A DNA stretch of 64,000 nt from Acidobacteriota bacterium (lineage in GTDB: Bacteria; Acidobacteriota; UBA6911; RPQK01; JAJDTT01), in contig OZ242374.1 in NCBI GenBank assembly GCA_965209055.1, positions 768,001 through 832,000 on the forward strand, in the 5' to 3' direction. The translations under genes and the position numbers were made by a program. The notes beneath the pieces are model-generated. The model had not been told where the DNA came from, ran no database searches, and was given only the letters and a program-made list of their open reading frames with translations. Below are positions 39,645-50,035 of this stretch, in pieces (the first letter of the stretch is position 1; every line of letters starts with the position of its first letter).

Positions 39645-42336
39645 CTTCGTCCCAATCATCGTCGCCAAAGTGGTCCCGGAACCAGATTTCGTTCACCACG
39701 TACTCCACAGTCTCTTCTGGACCACTCGTCTTAGGGAAGCTGATGCTCCAAGCCACCACGGGGGTCTCTTCGCTAAAGTCCTTCTCTCTACTTCCGATAG
39801 CCAGCAGGTGAATGATCAGCAACGGTCGCTCGCGGATCTCCCGGTAGATTCGATCCGGATAATTCCAAGTGCTCTTGTCTCCGCGGCCGTCGCTCTCCTT
39901 TTTTGTCCTCCATCCCGCCTCTGCCGTTGCGCGCTGGAATTCAGATAGGCCCACGCGCTCCACGCCACGGCTCGCAACTCTACGTTTCCGCGCAAAGCTG
40001 ACGGTGCGAACGTCACTTCTAGATCCCGGCGCCCTTCTCTGGCAGATAACTTCAAGACCGGGCAGTTGATATACCAGCGATCCATGCATCTTTTTCTTGA
40101 TGCCAGCGAACAGCACGTCCCACCTCGCAAGCTCTGTGGCGCGGCTTGCTATGTGTTTCCTCACAGGATCCGTCTGCGTCAACGGCGATTTCGGATGGTT
40201 CTTGTACCTCACCAGAAACGCGTCGACTATCTCCACGGGTAGGTCGCGCACCAAGTGTCCTTCGGGCACATCTTGACCACGAGCTCCTCCACCATCAGAG
40301 ATCATGGCCGTCACCAGTTCCCCAACCGCCCGAAGGTTCACCTCCAGTGATGATGGATCTCTGTGCAGCACCGTTGTCTCTACAAACCTGTTCGCGAGCC
40401 CAATCTTGACTCTGTGCGTAAACCCAGTACCCATCTTGTTTCGAGCGGTTACCATGAGCGAGTCCGGATGACTACGCACCTTCAAACCGAACTCCCGTGG
40501 TGTCGCTCTAGCAATCTCCATCTGAACAAGCTCTTCTCGCAGCTCTTCGATGGACTCCGCAATATGTTCGTACCATCCGCGCGCCTCATCGGGCATCCAG
40601 ACGCGGCACAGATCGTCATAGTCATCCCGATAGCCGAACCATCGGCCCATTTGAAAGAGCGTGTCATACATCATCGAGCGGCGAAGCACGTAACTCACCG
40701 ACAGTCCTTCCAGCGTCAAACCGCGTGACAGCGAAAATCCCCCCACGGCGATAACCGTCCATCCCGAGTCTTGATACTCGGAATACATCAAGGAGTCGGG
40801 CGATTTGCTGTTTATCTCAGCAACCCGTATCGCGCCGACGACCTCGACCAAGCGGGGTTGGACCTGATCCCAGGGGACACTCGCCGAGTCGGCATACTGC
40901 TCCTCAAACGTCTGGCGCAGAGCCCGGATCTCGGGGTCACGCACCGCTTCATGCTCCGGTCGCCCTCCGTTGACTCGAATGCTTGCGGCCACTCCATCTA
41001 CGAAAGCGTGGATCTCATTGCGAATCTGCCGTTGAACCGACGTGAAGCGAGACACGTTGACGAGCATGGAATTGTGGACACTGCGCTGCCCGCGAACCAT
41101 TCTGATCGCCTTCGCCAAGAGGAAAGTGCGCACCGCTTCTCGCAGACTGCTCGGCAGACGGGTTACCTTGTGATCGATCTTGTGAGACATCGGAAGCAGG
41201 TCGCGATGGTCGTCGATCGCTTGAATCACCTGTGCTCGCCGGTCCGAAAAGACATCTTCTGCACCAAAGTAGTTCGAGGGTGCATTCAGGGACACAATAA
41301 AGTCGCGTGGAAACAGATCTTGTCCGACCAGCGAATTGTCGTCATCCGGATCAATAAGAATGTTCGCAAACGGTGTGGCGGTGTATCCGACGTAGGCGCT
41401 CCGCTCAAACAAGCTGAGCAACACCCGTATCTGACGGTTGATCGTCGATACGTTGTCCACATGGCGCTGGATGTTTATCGACGCGTTGTCAGCCTCGTCG
41501 TCGATCAGGAGCATTGGTTCCGAGATGGCATTCGCGTGCAGATGATAAGCGTTGTGCGTAGTCAGCCACTCGATGAGATTCCCGAGTATGTTTGTTTCCT
41601 TCTTTATCACCAACAGAACAGGCCTTCGCAGATCCTTTAATGGGATTCCGATCTGACTAGCTGCCAACTTGTTGAAGTCACTAACGGCGGTTGTAAACGT
41701 GATGGGCTTGCGATGCAATCCGTAGCGGCCAACCCCGATGGGCTCAAAGCCGGAGGGACCTAAGCTCCTGCCGGTGTCGTAACCGACGAAGGCCTCGTCG
41801 AGGCGCTCTTGCGTCTGATTGCGTAATCTGTTTTGTACCCCCGCGATGACGATTATTACGCGATATCCGGCATCCGCCGCCTTAGTGGCTACGCCAATGT
41901 AGTTTCCAGTCTTGCCTGATTGGACGTGCCCCATGACCATCCCCCGACGGTCCCATGACTCGGTTTTGCCAGGATCTTCCAGGTATCCGACGATCCTGTC
42001 GGTGTCCTTGTCGATCTCAGCGACTACCTGCGGCGGGAAGCCCTTCCGGTGAACAAGAAAATCCCGGTACCGATTCCAATAGTGCCAGTCTACGCTAGGC
42101 TTTCGTTCGTCGAGCCAGGGCTTGAAGGGTCGCGATAGTGCCAGCGCAGGTTTGAGCAGTATTCCAAAGGTTTCCTCTAACTTAAGGGCGAGACCCTCCG
42201 CTTCGTCGGTGGTTACAGTGGGACAGGCTGGAAGAACCTTGCCAATCAGTTCCCGGATTCGTCCGGGCGTGGGGGCGTCCTTCTCGTCTCCGACTAGGTG
42301 CCACACCAGCCGACGAAGGGTGGTCAAGTCACTCAT
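39631..42336 (-). CDS. Z1-domain SF2 helicase/endonuclease (MzaC-like)
   Basis: GHVQSGKT, IDDEADNAS, YVGYTATPFAN, LSRGLTLEGL, DTLFQMGRWFGYR. Confidence 0.92.
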   Translation of the reverse strand: MSDLTTLRRLVWHLVGDEKDAPTPGRIRELIGKVLPACPTVTTDEAEGLALKLEETFGILLKPALALSRPFKPWLDERKPSVDWHYWNRYRDFLVHRKGFPPQVVAEIDKDTDRIVGYLEDPGKTESWDRRGMVMGHVQSGKTGNYIGVATKAADAGYRVIIVIAGVQNRLRNQTQERLDEAFVGYDTGRSLGPSGFEPIGVGRYGLHRKPITFTTAVSDFNKLAASQIGIPLKDLRRPVLLVIKKETNILGNLIEWLTTHNAYHLHANAISEPMLLIDDEADNASINIQRHVDNVSTINRQIRVLLSLFERSAYVGYTATPFANILIDPDDDNSLVGQDLFPRDFIVSLNAPSNYFGAEDVFSDRRAQVIQAIDDHRDLLPMSHKIDHKVTRLPSSLREAVRTFLLAKAIRMVRGQRSVHNSMLVNVSRFTSVQRQIRNEIHAFVDGVAASIRVNGGRPEHEAVRDPEIRALRQTFEEQYADSASVPWDQVQPRLVEVVGAIRVAEINSKSPDSLMYSEYQDSGWTVIAVGGFSLSRGLTLEGLSVSYVLRRSMMYDTLFQMGRWFGYRDDYDDLCRVWMPDEARGWYEHIAESIEELREELVQMEIARATPREFGLKVRSHPDSLMVTARNKMGTGFTHRVKIGLANRFVETTVLHRDPSSLEVNLRAVGELVTAMISDGGGARGQDVPEGHLVRDLPVEIVDAFLVRYKNHPKSPLTQTDPVRKHIASRATELARWDVLFAGIKKKMHGSLVYQLPGLEVICQRRAPGSRSDVRTVSFARKRRVASRGVERVGLSEFQRATAEAGWRTKKESDGRGDKSTWNYPDRIYREIRERPLLIIHLLAIGSREKDFSEETPVVAWSISFPKTSGPEETVEYVVNEIWFRDHFGDDDWDEDDSE

Positions 42337-43810
42337 CGTGGTCTCCGAGCACGTCTATGATGATCGGTTCCGTCTGCCGCCACTGGAAACTGAACGGCTC
42401 GGCCGATCGCATCCACTCCTTGATGGCTTGATGGGACAGACCGCGCTCTTTCAGAACTCCACACATAGTCGACACCACAAGACGCAGATCACGGATCGAC
42501 AACGGTGTGGCACGGACAGCCTCGGGGTGCGCGCTGACGTCCTGGTGAAGGGACTCAACTGGCAGCGCCGCTGCCACCAAGCGAAGAACGCGGTCGTATT
42601 GCGCTCCCAATGTTGGCGAAAGCCCTTCCCTGAGTGCTTTGATTGCCGGATAGTCGGTGGCGATGTCATAAGATATGCGGCTCTTGTTCTGTCGCCGAAT
42701 CCAAACCGGGAGACGATTGCTCGAAGCTTGTCGGGTGCCCCGACCCCGGTAGGTGCGCCGGGACCCTTCAACCATCCGCTCAACGATCTTCGCTAGGCGC
42801 TTGCGGACGGCAGGCGGGGGCTGCGCAGATGCCTTCTTGACGTCGATCTTCCATTCCGCGTCCATCGTATTCGGAATGTCGATTCCGATGCGAGCCAGCT
42901 TCGTCAGTTCTTGTTTTCGGGTAAGACGAAACCATGTACCGTGCACTATGAGGCGTCGGTTGCGGTAAAGGTAGAACCCCTGGTTACTGACATAGCCCTC
43001 AGGCCCAGCATACCGCTTCCATTCGGCAGTCGACACCTTGTCATGGTGAGGCAGAGTAACAGGGTGTATTCGAATCTCGCGGCCTCCAAGCCTCATTCTC
43101 TCTATCGGGTGATGCTGAGTCGCAGGATGGTTGGAGTGGAACGGATCGAAGGGCTCCAGTAGGTTGTCGTTCATCGACAAGCGAATCTTATGACGACCGG
43201 CCAAGAAACGATGAAACACGAACCTCAGGTGCCTTGCAGCCTCGGCCAACTGGCGCACCAAGTCGCTCCTCCCGGATGCCTCGACAAGGCGGTCGAGCTT
43301 TTCCCATACAACGAGTGTTCCGTCCGCCCGCAGACACCGCGACCAGCGTACTTCATCAACATCGCCGGGGATCTCGACCAGCCATCGATCGTTAGCGACG
43401 ACTGAATCGAGGTCCCAGCGCGCGCAGGAGATTTCGCCCTGATGTTGCGTTACGACCGTGACGCGTCGGCACTGCGAGAAAGATGCGGTCTTCAGGCCGA
43501 GACCAAATCGGCCGAGGTCGGCGTCGTCTCGTGCTTCGCGGGGGCTTCGGGTGCCCGGCCGCATTGCTTCACGCAACTGGCCCCAACTCATGCCACATCC
43601 GTTGTCCAGCACACCGATCGCCGGACGCTCGGCGTGAGTGTCTGCCAATATCTGAATCTTGCGTGCTCTGGCAGTGATTGAGTTGTCGATGACATCGGCA
43701 AGTGCGGTCTTCAGAGAGTAGCCCATGTCCCGCAGGCTCTCGATGAGGGCGGCTGGACTGGGCGCGAGCTCCAGTTCGAGCTCATGCTGTGGAGATGCCG
43801 TCTTGCTCAT
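42329..43810 (-). CDS. MORC/MutL-like GHKL ATPase (MzaB-like)
   Basis: ALADVIDNSI, DNGCGM, DLGRFGLGLKTASFS, QGFYLYRNRRLI. Confidence 0.92.
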   Translation of the reverse strand: MSKTASPQHELELELAPSPAALIESLRDMGYSLKTALADVIDNSITARARKIQILADTHAERPAIGVLDNGCGMSWGQLREAMRPGTRSPREARDDADLGRFGLGLKTASFSQCRRVTVVTQHQGEISCARWDLDSVVANDRWLVEIPGDVDEVRWSRCLRADGTLVVWEKLDRLVEASGRSDLVRQLAEAARHLRFVFHRFLAGRHKIRLSMNDNLLEPFDPFHSNHPATQHHPIERMRLGGREIRIHPVTLPHHDKVSTAEWKRYAGPEGYVSNQGFYLYRNRRLIVHGTWFRLTRKQELTKLARIGIDIPNTMDAEWKIDVKKASAQPPPAVRKRLAKIVERMVEGSRRTYRGRGTRQASSNRLPVWIRRQNKSRISYDIATDYPAIKALREGLSPTLGAQYDRVLRLVAAALPVESLHQDVSAHPEAVRATPLSIRDLRLVVSTMCGVLKERGLSHQAIKEWMRSAEPFSFQWRQTEPIIIDVLGDHDE

Positions 43811-45447
43811 GTGACCGCAGCCACGAGGGCGCCCGAAGCTGCCTGTTCGGGATATCGTACGGAGTCGTCGTGTGCGGGTCCACTGAACGTGCGAGTCTTG
43901 GTGCGCTCATACTCTCCGATCACATCGGCCACGCATCTCGCGATTTGTAGCGCCAAGTAGGGCGGTACGGCGTTCCCAACCTGAACGTACTGCCGAGTCC
44001 TGTCCCCCATGAAAAAGTAGTCGTCCGGGAAGGTTTGGAGCCGGGCAGCCTCACGGACGGTAAGGCTGCGACACTGTGTCGGGTCGGGATGAATGAAATA
44101 GTGGCCGTCCTTGGACATGTGGCTGGTGACCGTGCTCGAAGGACGATCACCGACTTGGACCCGGAAACGGTCGGCGAACTTCCCGGTTCCCCAGTTCGCA
44201 TGGTTTGGGGCCAGAATCTCTGGGAAGTCGGAAGCTTTCGGCGAGACTCCCTTGGCTTTCGCAAATGCGCTCGCGAACAGATACCGCTCTATATCGGCAG
44301 GCATATGCCGTCTCGTCTCGTTGTTAGGTAGTTGCGTCACCCGGGGGTCCCGTATCCAAGTGCGGAGAGGATCGGGGCAAGCCATCTCTGTGCCGCCCGG
44401 CGTGTTACCGTACTCGGGCACCGACCCCGTAACTGCGTCCCGCGTTTCGAGGATTTCGCTGCGGAATCGCGACATCTGATCCGAGGTCATGCGCGGCATC
44501 GGAAGGTCCCCAAGTCGCTTGCACGCTGCCACGACGACATCGCGCCATGCTTCAGAGTTGTCGGCGCGGCTGATTCGGCTGCGAAGCCGCGGCATCTGAC
44601 CGATGACATCTTTCACAGGGACTTGATGATCACTTTTCTCTAAGCGGAGGAGGTCACCCACCGGCAGGACCTTCGCGATGTCGCTCCGTACACAGACCAC
44701 GATGACTCGATGCCGGGCTTGTGGAACACCGTGCTCGTCAGCACGCACCAGGAAATCACTGGGTCTCCGGTCGTCCTTCCAGAGTCCACTGTCTGGTCCA
44801 GCGACCGTGTAGAGTCGATAGCTATCGGTCCCTGTGGCGTGGCGCAGACTCTTCAGGACCTTCTCGATGACCAGATCGTCACCAAGGCGAGCCGAGAGCA
44901 TCCCCTTAACGTTCTCCATAACGGCTACGGCAGGCCTGAGCGCGGCCAAGATCCTCACGTACTCGAAATACAGCGATTGCCGTGTGTCCTTCGCGGGATC
45001 GTAGTTCGCGTTACCTACATTCCTAGCCCTTCCGACGAGCGAGTACGACTGACACGGAGGGCCTCCGAGGAGCACGGCTTCGGGTCCCTGCCGTTCCCGT
45101 ATGCGGTGAATCCGCTTGTCAACCTCCTTGGTGGCACCCGGAGTCCCGAGTTCCAATCGCTGCGTCTCGTCGGCTGCTTCGGCCCACTGCTTCGGGTAGC
45201 TCCGTTGCCAGTCGGGTGCTCGGATGGCACCGCGATTCAGAAAGCTGTGGTATTCGGAAGGGTAATCTTGGCCGAACTTTCTCAGGAAAGCCCTCATGAG
45301 CAGCGTCTTGTGAGCCGACCGCTCCATCTCCACCGAGAGTGCGACCTCGAATCGCACCCGGCTTCGTCCGCCCCGGCACCTAGCGAACCCTTCGGCCAGC
45401 CCTCCAGGACCCGAAAAGAGGTCAACGACCGGGACTGCCTTGCTCAA
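43807..45447 (-). CDS. dcm: DNA (cytosine-5)-methyltransferase
   Basis: DLFSGPGG, GGPPCQ, MENVKG, GVPQARHR, LTVREAARLQTFPD, QVGNAVPP; TTG start after GAGGA. Confidence 0.95.
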   Translation of the reverse strand: MSKAVPVVDLFSGPGGLAEGFARCRGGRSRVRFEVALSVEMERSAHKTLLMRAFLRKFGQDYPSEYHSFLNRGAIRAPDWQRSYPKQWAEAADETQRLELGTPGATKEVDKRIHRIRERQGPEAVLLGGPPCQSYSLVGRARNVGNANYDPAKDTRQSLYFEYVRILAALRPAVAVMENVKGMLSARLGDDLVIEKVLKSLRHATGTDSYRLYTVAGPDSGLWKDDRRPSDFLVRADEHGVPQARHRVIVVCVRSDIAKVLPVGDLLRLEKSDHQVPVKDVIGQMPRLRSRISRADNSEAWRDVVVAACKRLGDLPMPRMTSDQMSRFRSEILETRDAVTGSVPEYGNTPGGTEMACPDPLRTWIRDPRVTQLPNNETRRHMPADIERYLFASAFAKAKGVSPKASDFPEILAPNHANWGTGKFADRFRVQVGDRPSSTVTSHMSKDGHYFIHPDPTQCRSLTVREAARLQTFPDDYFFMGDRTRQYVQVGNAVPPYLALQIARCVADVIGEYERTKTRTFSGPAHDDSVRYPEQAASGALVAAVT

Positions 45448-45627
45448 GGCCTTTCCTCGACCGCAAAAGACTCGCCCGAACGCGCTAGATCGGGCACCTC
45501 GCCGCTCCACGCGGCAGACTCCAATGGTCGCTTCAAGGTAACTCCACAGCTGATCTGGCGCCCCGAGATAGTCCCGCTTGGCGGGGCTCCCAGGACTGCC
45601 CAGCCCTGCCATCGGTCTTGAGTTCCG

Positions 45628-45879
45628 TTAGCGCAAACGCCATCGCTTGGTATCCGCATCTTGGGTCACGATTCCATCCGACTCCAGTAGCGCGAGCATC
45701 GTTCGAGATATGTGTCCCTCGTGTCCGGCGTGTCCATCGTAGATGCCCAGTCTGCGCCCAATATCCACGTTCCGTAGTCCTTGCGCCGTGTCCCGTTCCC
45801 GGAGGAGCATCACGATTGCCGCTTTCATGTCGGCGACCGCCTTCTGAGCAATACGATAAGCCTCGTCTACTCGATCCAT
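45628..45879 (-). CDS. Small winged-helix DNA-binding protein
   Basis: AGGAGG RBS; GLRNVDIGRRLGI...LALLESDGIV..WRL pattern. Confidence 0.6.
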   Translation of the reverse strand: MDRVDEAYRIAQKAVADMKAAIVMLLRERDTAQGLRNVDIGRRLGIYDGHAGHEGHISRTMLALLESDGIVTQDADTKRWRLR

Positions 45880-45989
45880 TCGTCCTCCTGTGCTAAGGGG
45901 TGCCACATCGGAAAGCCGATCCCGGTGGTGTCGAGGATCCGATCTGCAACGGAGCTACCCGGCATATTGCCGTGCTCCGCCACCCGCCC

Positions 45990-46200
45990 CCAAACAAATC
46001 CCTCGGCCAGCCCTCCTGGACCCGAGAAGAGACCGACGACCGTGACCGCCTTGTTCACAGACTGTCCTCGACCGCGATGGACTCGGCCACACGCGCGTGA
46101 TCGAGCATGACGTCTCTCCGGGTGGGAAATTTCGATGGTCGCTTCAAGGTAACTCCACAGCGGCTTGGGGGACCGAGCACGTCCCGCTTCGTGGGAGGAT
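45990..46200 (-). pseudogene. Duplicate of the dcm leader and first codons
   Basis: NKAVTVVGLFSGPGGLAEGF; ATGGTCGCTTCAAGGTAACTCCACAGC shared with ~45523-45550. Confidence 0.7.
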
Positions 46201-46795
46201 ATCGAAGGAATGGACTACCTGTCCATGGACCCGTGTCTGTTGGGGCGCGGCCCGGAACCTCCGCTGCAATTGTCCTCTCGGGCCGCCAGCAGTCGCGCTG
46301 GACTCCCGCCGGGCCGTACTCGCCTCAGCCGGTCCCGGCTACGATACCTCGACCACGCTCTGCTCATGGCGTGCCGCACACGGGCGACTCTGGAAAGCGG
46401 TGACGTAGAGGGCCGGGCCGTCGCGGTGGCATAGTGGCGCGCGCCCCGCAGGCAACTCGATCGGGCTTGGATCAACATCAGCCGCCCTTCGACTCTCCGG
46501 CTAGATTGAAACCAATTGCAGATTGAATCCGTAGAATGTTGCCTTTCGGGCCAGGCCCTGGACCGGGCGCTGGGCCTGGAGCGGACCCCGCCGCCGACCT
46601 CCACCACACGTTCCGAGTTCAGACCTTCCGGGGTTCGGTCCCGGTCCTCGTCCAAGGGGACGCCGAAAATCCACCTGCACCTGCGGACCCCAGTGGCACG
46701 TGTCGCCTGTGGTCATCCCTGGATCACGCACCATGTGTCGTGAACGGACGCCTTGCAGAACCCTAACAGGTCTTCCGGATTCTTCTCCGGGTGCT

Positions 46796-46920
46796 TCCCG
46801 ACAGGGATATTTTGGAAGGGAGCGACCCCCCCAGGGGGTGTGGCGCAGATGTAAATTGCGCCACACCCCCGCGCCCGCACCGGGCAGGAAAAAGGGGGGG
46901 TCGCTCCCTTCCACCTCCGC
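46796..46920 (+). ncRNA. Structured non-coding motif, copy 2
   Basis: GGAAGGGAGCGACC...GGTCGCTCCCTTCC stem. Confidence 0.5.
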
Positions 46921-47552
46921 TTTCCCCGTGCGGGCACGGCGAAGCCGGGAATGTGGCCGCAACTGCATGAGCGACAAAGAGATCGGGGAAATCGCGTGTG
47001 TAAGTAGGCAGACTCCCATGATGTAAGTTGCCCCCTTTGTCTCCCTTACACTCCTGGATCGACACGGTGTGTTGCTCTGTACCCGTCAAAATGAGGTCCC
47101 CGGCAAGCGTGTCGTCCGGCACGAGAGCGTCGCGAACGTCGTCGTCGATCTCCACGCCGGCGGCGCGATCTTCCGCCCATGGTCGCAACTCGATGGCCGG
47201 TTTCAGCGAGGCCGTGACGCTGCCATAGCCGTCGAATCGGCCCGCGTTCCTTGCAGCACACTCCGCATTTCTGGAAGAAGATTGCCTGACACGAAGGCCA
47301 ATGGAGGTCTGGCTCGGCCAGCACGAGGGCGACACCGGGAGCCAAGGAGTGCCAGACCTAGTTCCTGAACGGCGATCAGATCCAGTACGGGATTGTCTCC
47401 AGGCCCGGAACAAGATCAATTTCGATCCGCCAGATCACTCCGCCCAGCCAGCGGGGCCGTCCACAGACGCTTGTACGAGCACTGGCCCGCGGCGGCTTGC
47501 ACACCGCGCCGTTGCGCGGTGCACCGCCACGCGCTGAGGCGATCCAAACGGC

Positions 47553-47677
47553 TTCCCGCAGGGATCAATGGGACGGGAGCGACCCCCCGAGGCGATGGCA
47601 CGGAGAGTGCCCATCAGCCTGCCCCGCTTTGCCGATCCGGGAGGCAAAAAAGGGGGGTCGCTCCCGTCCACCTCCGC
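47553..47677 (+). ncRNA. Structured non-coding motif, copy 3 (divergent inner hairpin)
   Basis: GGACGGGAGCGACC...GGTCGCTCCCGTCC stem. Confidence 0.5.
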
Positions 47678-47914
47678 TTTCCCCGAGCGGCACCGCCGAG
47701 CCGCGATCCGATCCGGAACTCGAACGGGGACAGCAGTTTAGAGAAAAGTAGCCGTGCACGTCGAAGTGGCCTCCTGGCGCACATGCCTCCCGTTGTCTCC
47801 TGTGCACTCCCCGGGCGGCACGGAACCCCACTTTCCGGCGGTCCAGTTCGAGCTCGCGGACGCCGGCTCGAACGCCAGATTACGAAGCCTGCCGGGAGGA
47901 CGACCACGGCGGAT

Positions 47915-48132
47915 CAACGGAGCCGGCCGGCTACCCGTTCCGGACTCTCGCCGGCCAGATAGTTCGCCCAGTCCACCATGAGCCGACACCGGCGCTCGAA
48001 CAGGTCCGTCCGCCGATACGCCGCCTCGACCTTGTTCTTCACCACCTGCGCCAGCGCCGCCTCGACGACCTTGCGCGGATGGTCCGTCTCCTCCTCTGCC
48101 CGGTCCCGGCACGACGACCGGAACCCGTGCGC
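47915..48132 (-). pseudogene. C-terminal remnant of a second P4-type integrase
   Basis: HGFRSSCRD..ETDHPRKVVEAALAQVVKNKVEAAYRRTDLFERR; paralog of 48800-49020. Confidence 0.85.
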
Positions 48133-48437
48133 ACGGCCACGATGTCATTCTGGTGGAGTCGCCGGCGCAGCCGCATTTCTGTGGACTCGGCACCGCGTGG
48201 CGCAAGGATCCGGGACACCGAAAGGAATCAGTGGGCAGAGACGGCGACGCTTGGAGCCAAATCGTCCCCCGCCTGGATCACCGCACGCAGCATCGGCTCG
48301 TGAACCGCGATCCGATCCGATCCGGGATTGTCTCCAAGTCCGGGAAGGGGATCCTATCCGGTGCGCCAGATCACTGCCGCCGCTCCACCCGGAACGAGGG
48401 CCACGTTTCTCCACTTCATAGGGCGTTTCTTCCACCT

Positions 48438-48562
48438 TCCCGTCAGGGATCAATTGGATGGGAGCGACCCCCCCAGGGGGTGTGGCGCAAATGTGAATGG
48501 CGCCACACCCCCGCGCCCGCACCGGGCAGGAAAAAGGGGGGGTCGCTCCCATCCACCTCCGC
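48438..48562 (+). ncRNA. Structured non-coding motif, copy 4
   Basis: GGATGGGAGCGACC...GGTCGCTCCCATCC; homology to copy 1 continues to ~48700. Confidence 0.5.
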
Positions 48563-48799
48563 TTTCCCCGTGCGGGCGCGGCGAAGCCGGGAAAGTGGCC
48601 GTAACTGACTGAAAGGAAAAAAGATCGGGAAAGCGGAGTTGTGAATCGCCGGGACCGCTTTTTGTGAATCCGCCCCGCATGTCCCGTTCACACTCCCGTA
48701 CGGGCACGACACGACACTTTTCAGCGGTCAAAACCGACCTCCCGGATGCCAACTCGGACGCCAGATCCCGAAGCCGGCCGGGAGGACCACCACGGCGGC

Positions 48800-50035
48800 T
48801 CAACGCCGCCGGCCGGACACCAGTTGCCGGCTCCCGCCGGCCAGATAGCCCGCCCAGTCCTCCATGAGCACGCGCCGCCGCTCGAACAGGTCCGTGCGCC
48901 GGTACGCCGCCTCCACCTTGTTCTTCACCACATGCGCCAGCGCCGCCTCGACCACCTCGCGTGGATGATCCGTCTCCTCCGCCGCCCAGTCCCGGAAACT
49001 CGACCGGAACCCGTGCGGCACGGCCGCGATCCCGTTCCGGCGCAGCAGCTTGCGCAACCGGCCGGAGCCGAGCGGCTTTCCGCCCCTTCGGGCGAAGATC
49101 AACCGGGCGGCTCCATGATCCAGCGTGCGGGCCTTCTCCAGGATCTCATTCGCCCGGCGGCACAAAGGCACCCGGTGCGCCCGTTTGGTCTTCATGCGCA
49201 TTCCGGGAACCGTCCACATCCCTTGCGCCGGATCGATCTCCGGCCATTCGGCCCACCGCACCTCGCCCCACCTCGCCGCTGTAAGCACCAGGAACTCGAA
49301 GGCCAGCAGGGACACGGGCATCGCGTTGGAGGCCCGCACCTTCCGGAGGGCCGCCCCCACCTCGCGATGCGGCAAGGCCGGCATGTGCCGCACCACGTCG
49401 TCCTGTGCTCCGAGGACCGCCACGACGCGGTCGCAGGGGTTGTCGGTCCGGTATTCCATCGCCACGGCCCACTCCAGGACCGTGCGGAGGCGCTGTCGCA
49501 CGGTCCGGGCCGTCTTCGACTTCACGTGCCAGATGGGCACCAGGATCTCCAGGACGTCGCCGCTGGTCACCTCCGAGACCGGCATCCGGCCGATGCACGG
49601 AAAGGCGTAGCGTCGAAAGCTCGCCATCCAGTCGTGGGCCTGCCTTGGATTGCGCCAGCCGGGCCGCTTCTGCTCCACCACCCGCTCGGCGGCTTCGGCG
49701 AAGGTGGGCATGGTCCGCGTGCGTCGTCTCTCGGTCAGGGGATCCCCACCTTCGCGGGCCAGCTTGCGGTTGGCCCGCGCCTTCTCGCGGGCCTCGGCCA
49801 GGGACACCAGCGCCACACCGCCGAGACCGAAGTCGCGGCGGCGACCGCGGATGACGAGGCGTTGGATCCAGCTTCGGGCTCCGTTAGGCTTGACGAAGAG
49901 GTACAGGCCGTTGCCGTCGCAGTGTTTGCCCGGTGGGGCGGAGCGGACGAACGCGGCGGAAAGGGCCTTGTGGGGGTGCCGGCCCTTCGGTTTGGATTTC
50001 CGGGGCGGAGCGGGAGAAACAGTTACATCTATCAT
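48800..50035 (-). CDS. P4/IntA-type tyrosine integrase with arm-binding domain
   Basis: DGNGLYLFV..GARSW, VSLAEAR, TAARWGE, RMKTKRAHRVPL, HGFRSSFRDW, LAH, AAY. Confidence 0.93.
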   Translation of the reverse strand: MIDVTVSPAPPRKSKPKGRHPHKALSAAFVRSAPPGKHCDGNGLYLFVKPNGARSWIQRLVIRGRRRDFGLGGVALVSLAEAREKARANRKLAREGGDPLTERRRTRTMPTFAEAAERVVEQKRPGWRNPRQAHDWMASFRRYAFPCIGRMPVSEVTSGDVLEILVPIWHVKSKTARTVRQRLRTVLEWAVAMEYRTDNPCDRVVAVLGAQDDVVRHMPALPHREVGAALRKVRASNAMPVSLLAFEFLVLTAARWGEVRWAEWPEIDPAQGMWTVPGMRMKTKRAHRVPLCRRANEILEKARTLDHGAARLIFARRGGKPLGSGRLRKLLRRNGIAAVPHGFRSSFRDWAAEETDHPREVVEAALAHVVKNKVEAAYRRTDLFERRRVLMEDWAGYLAGGSRQLVSGRRR

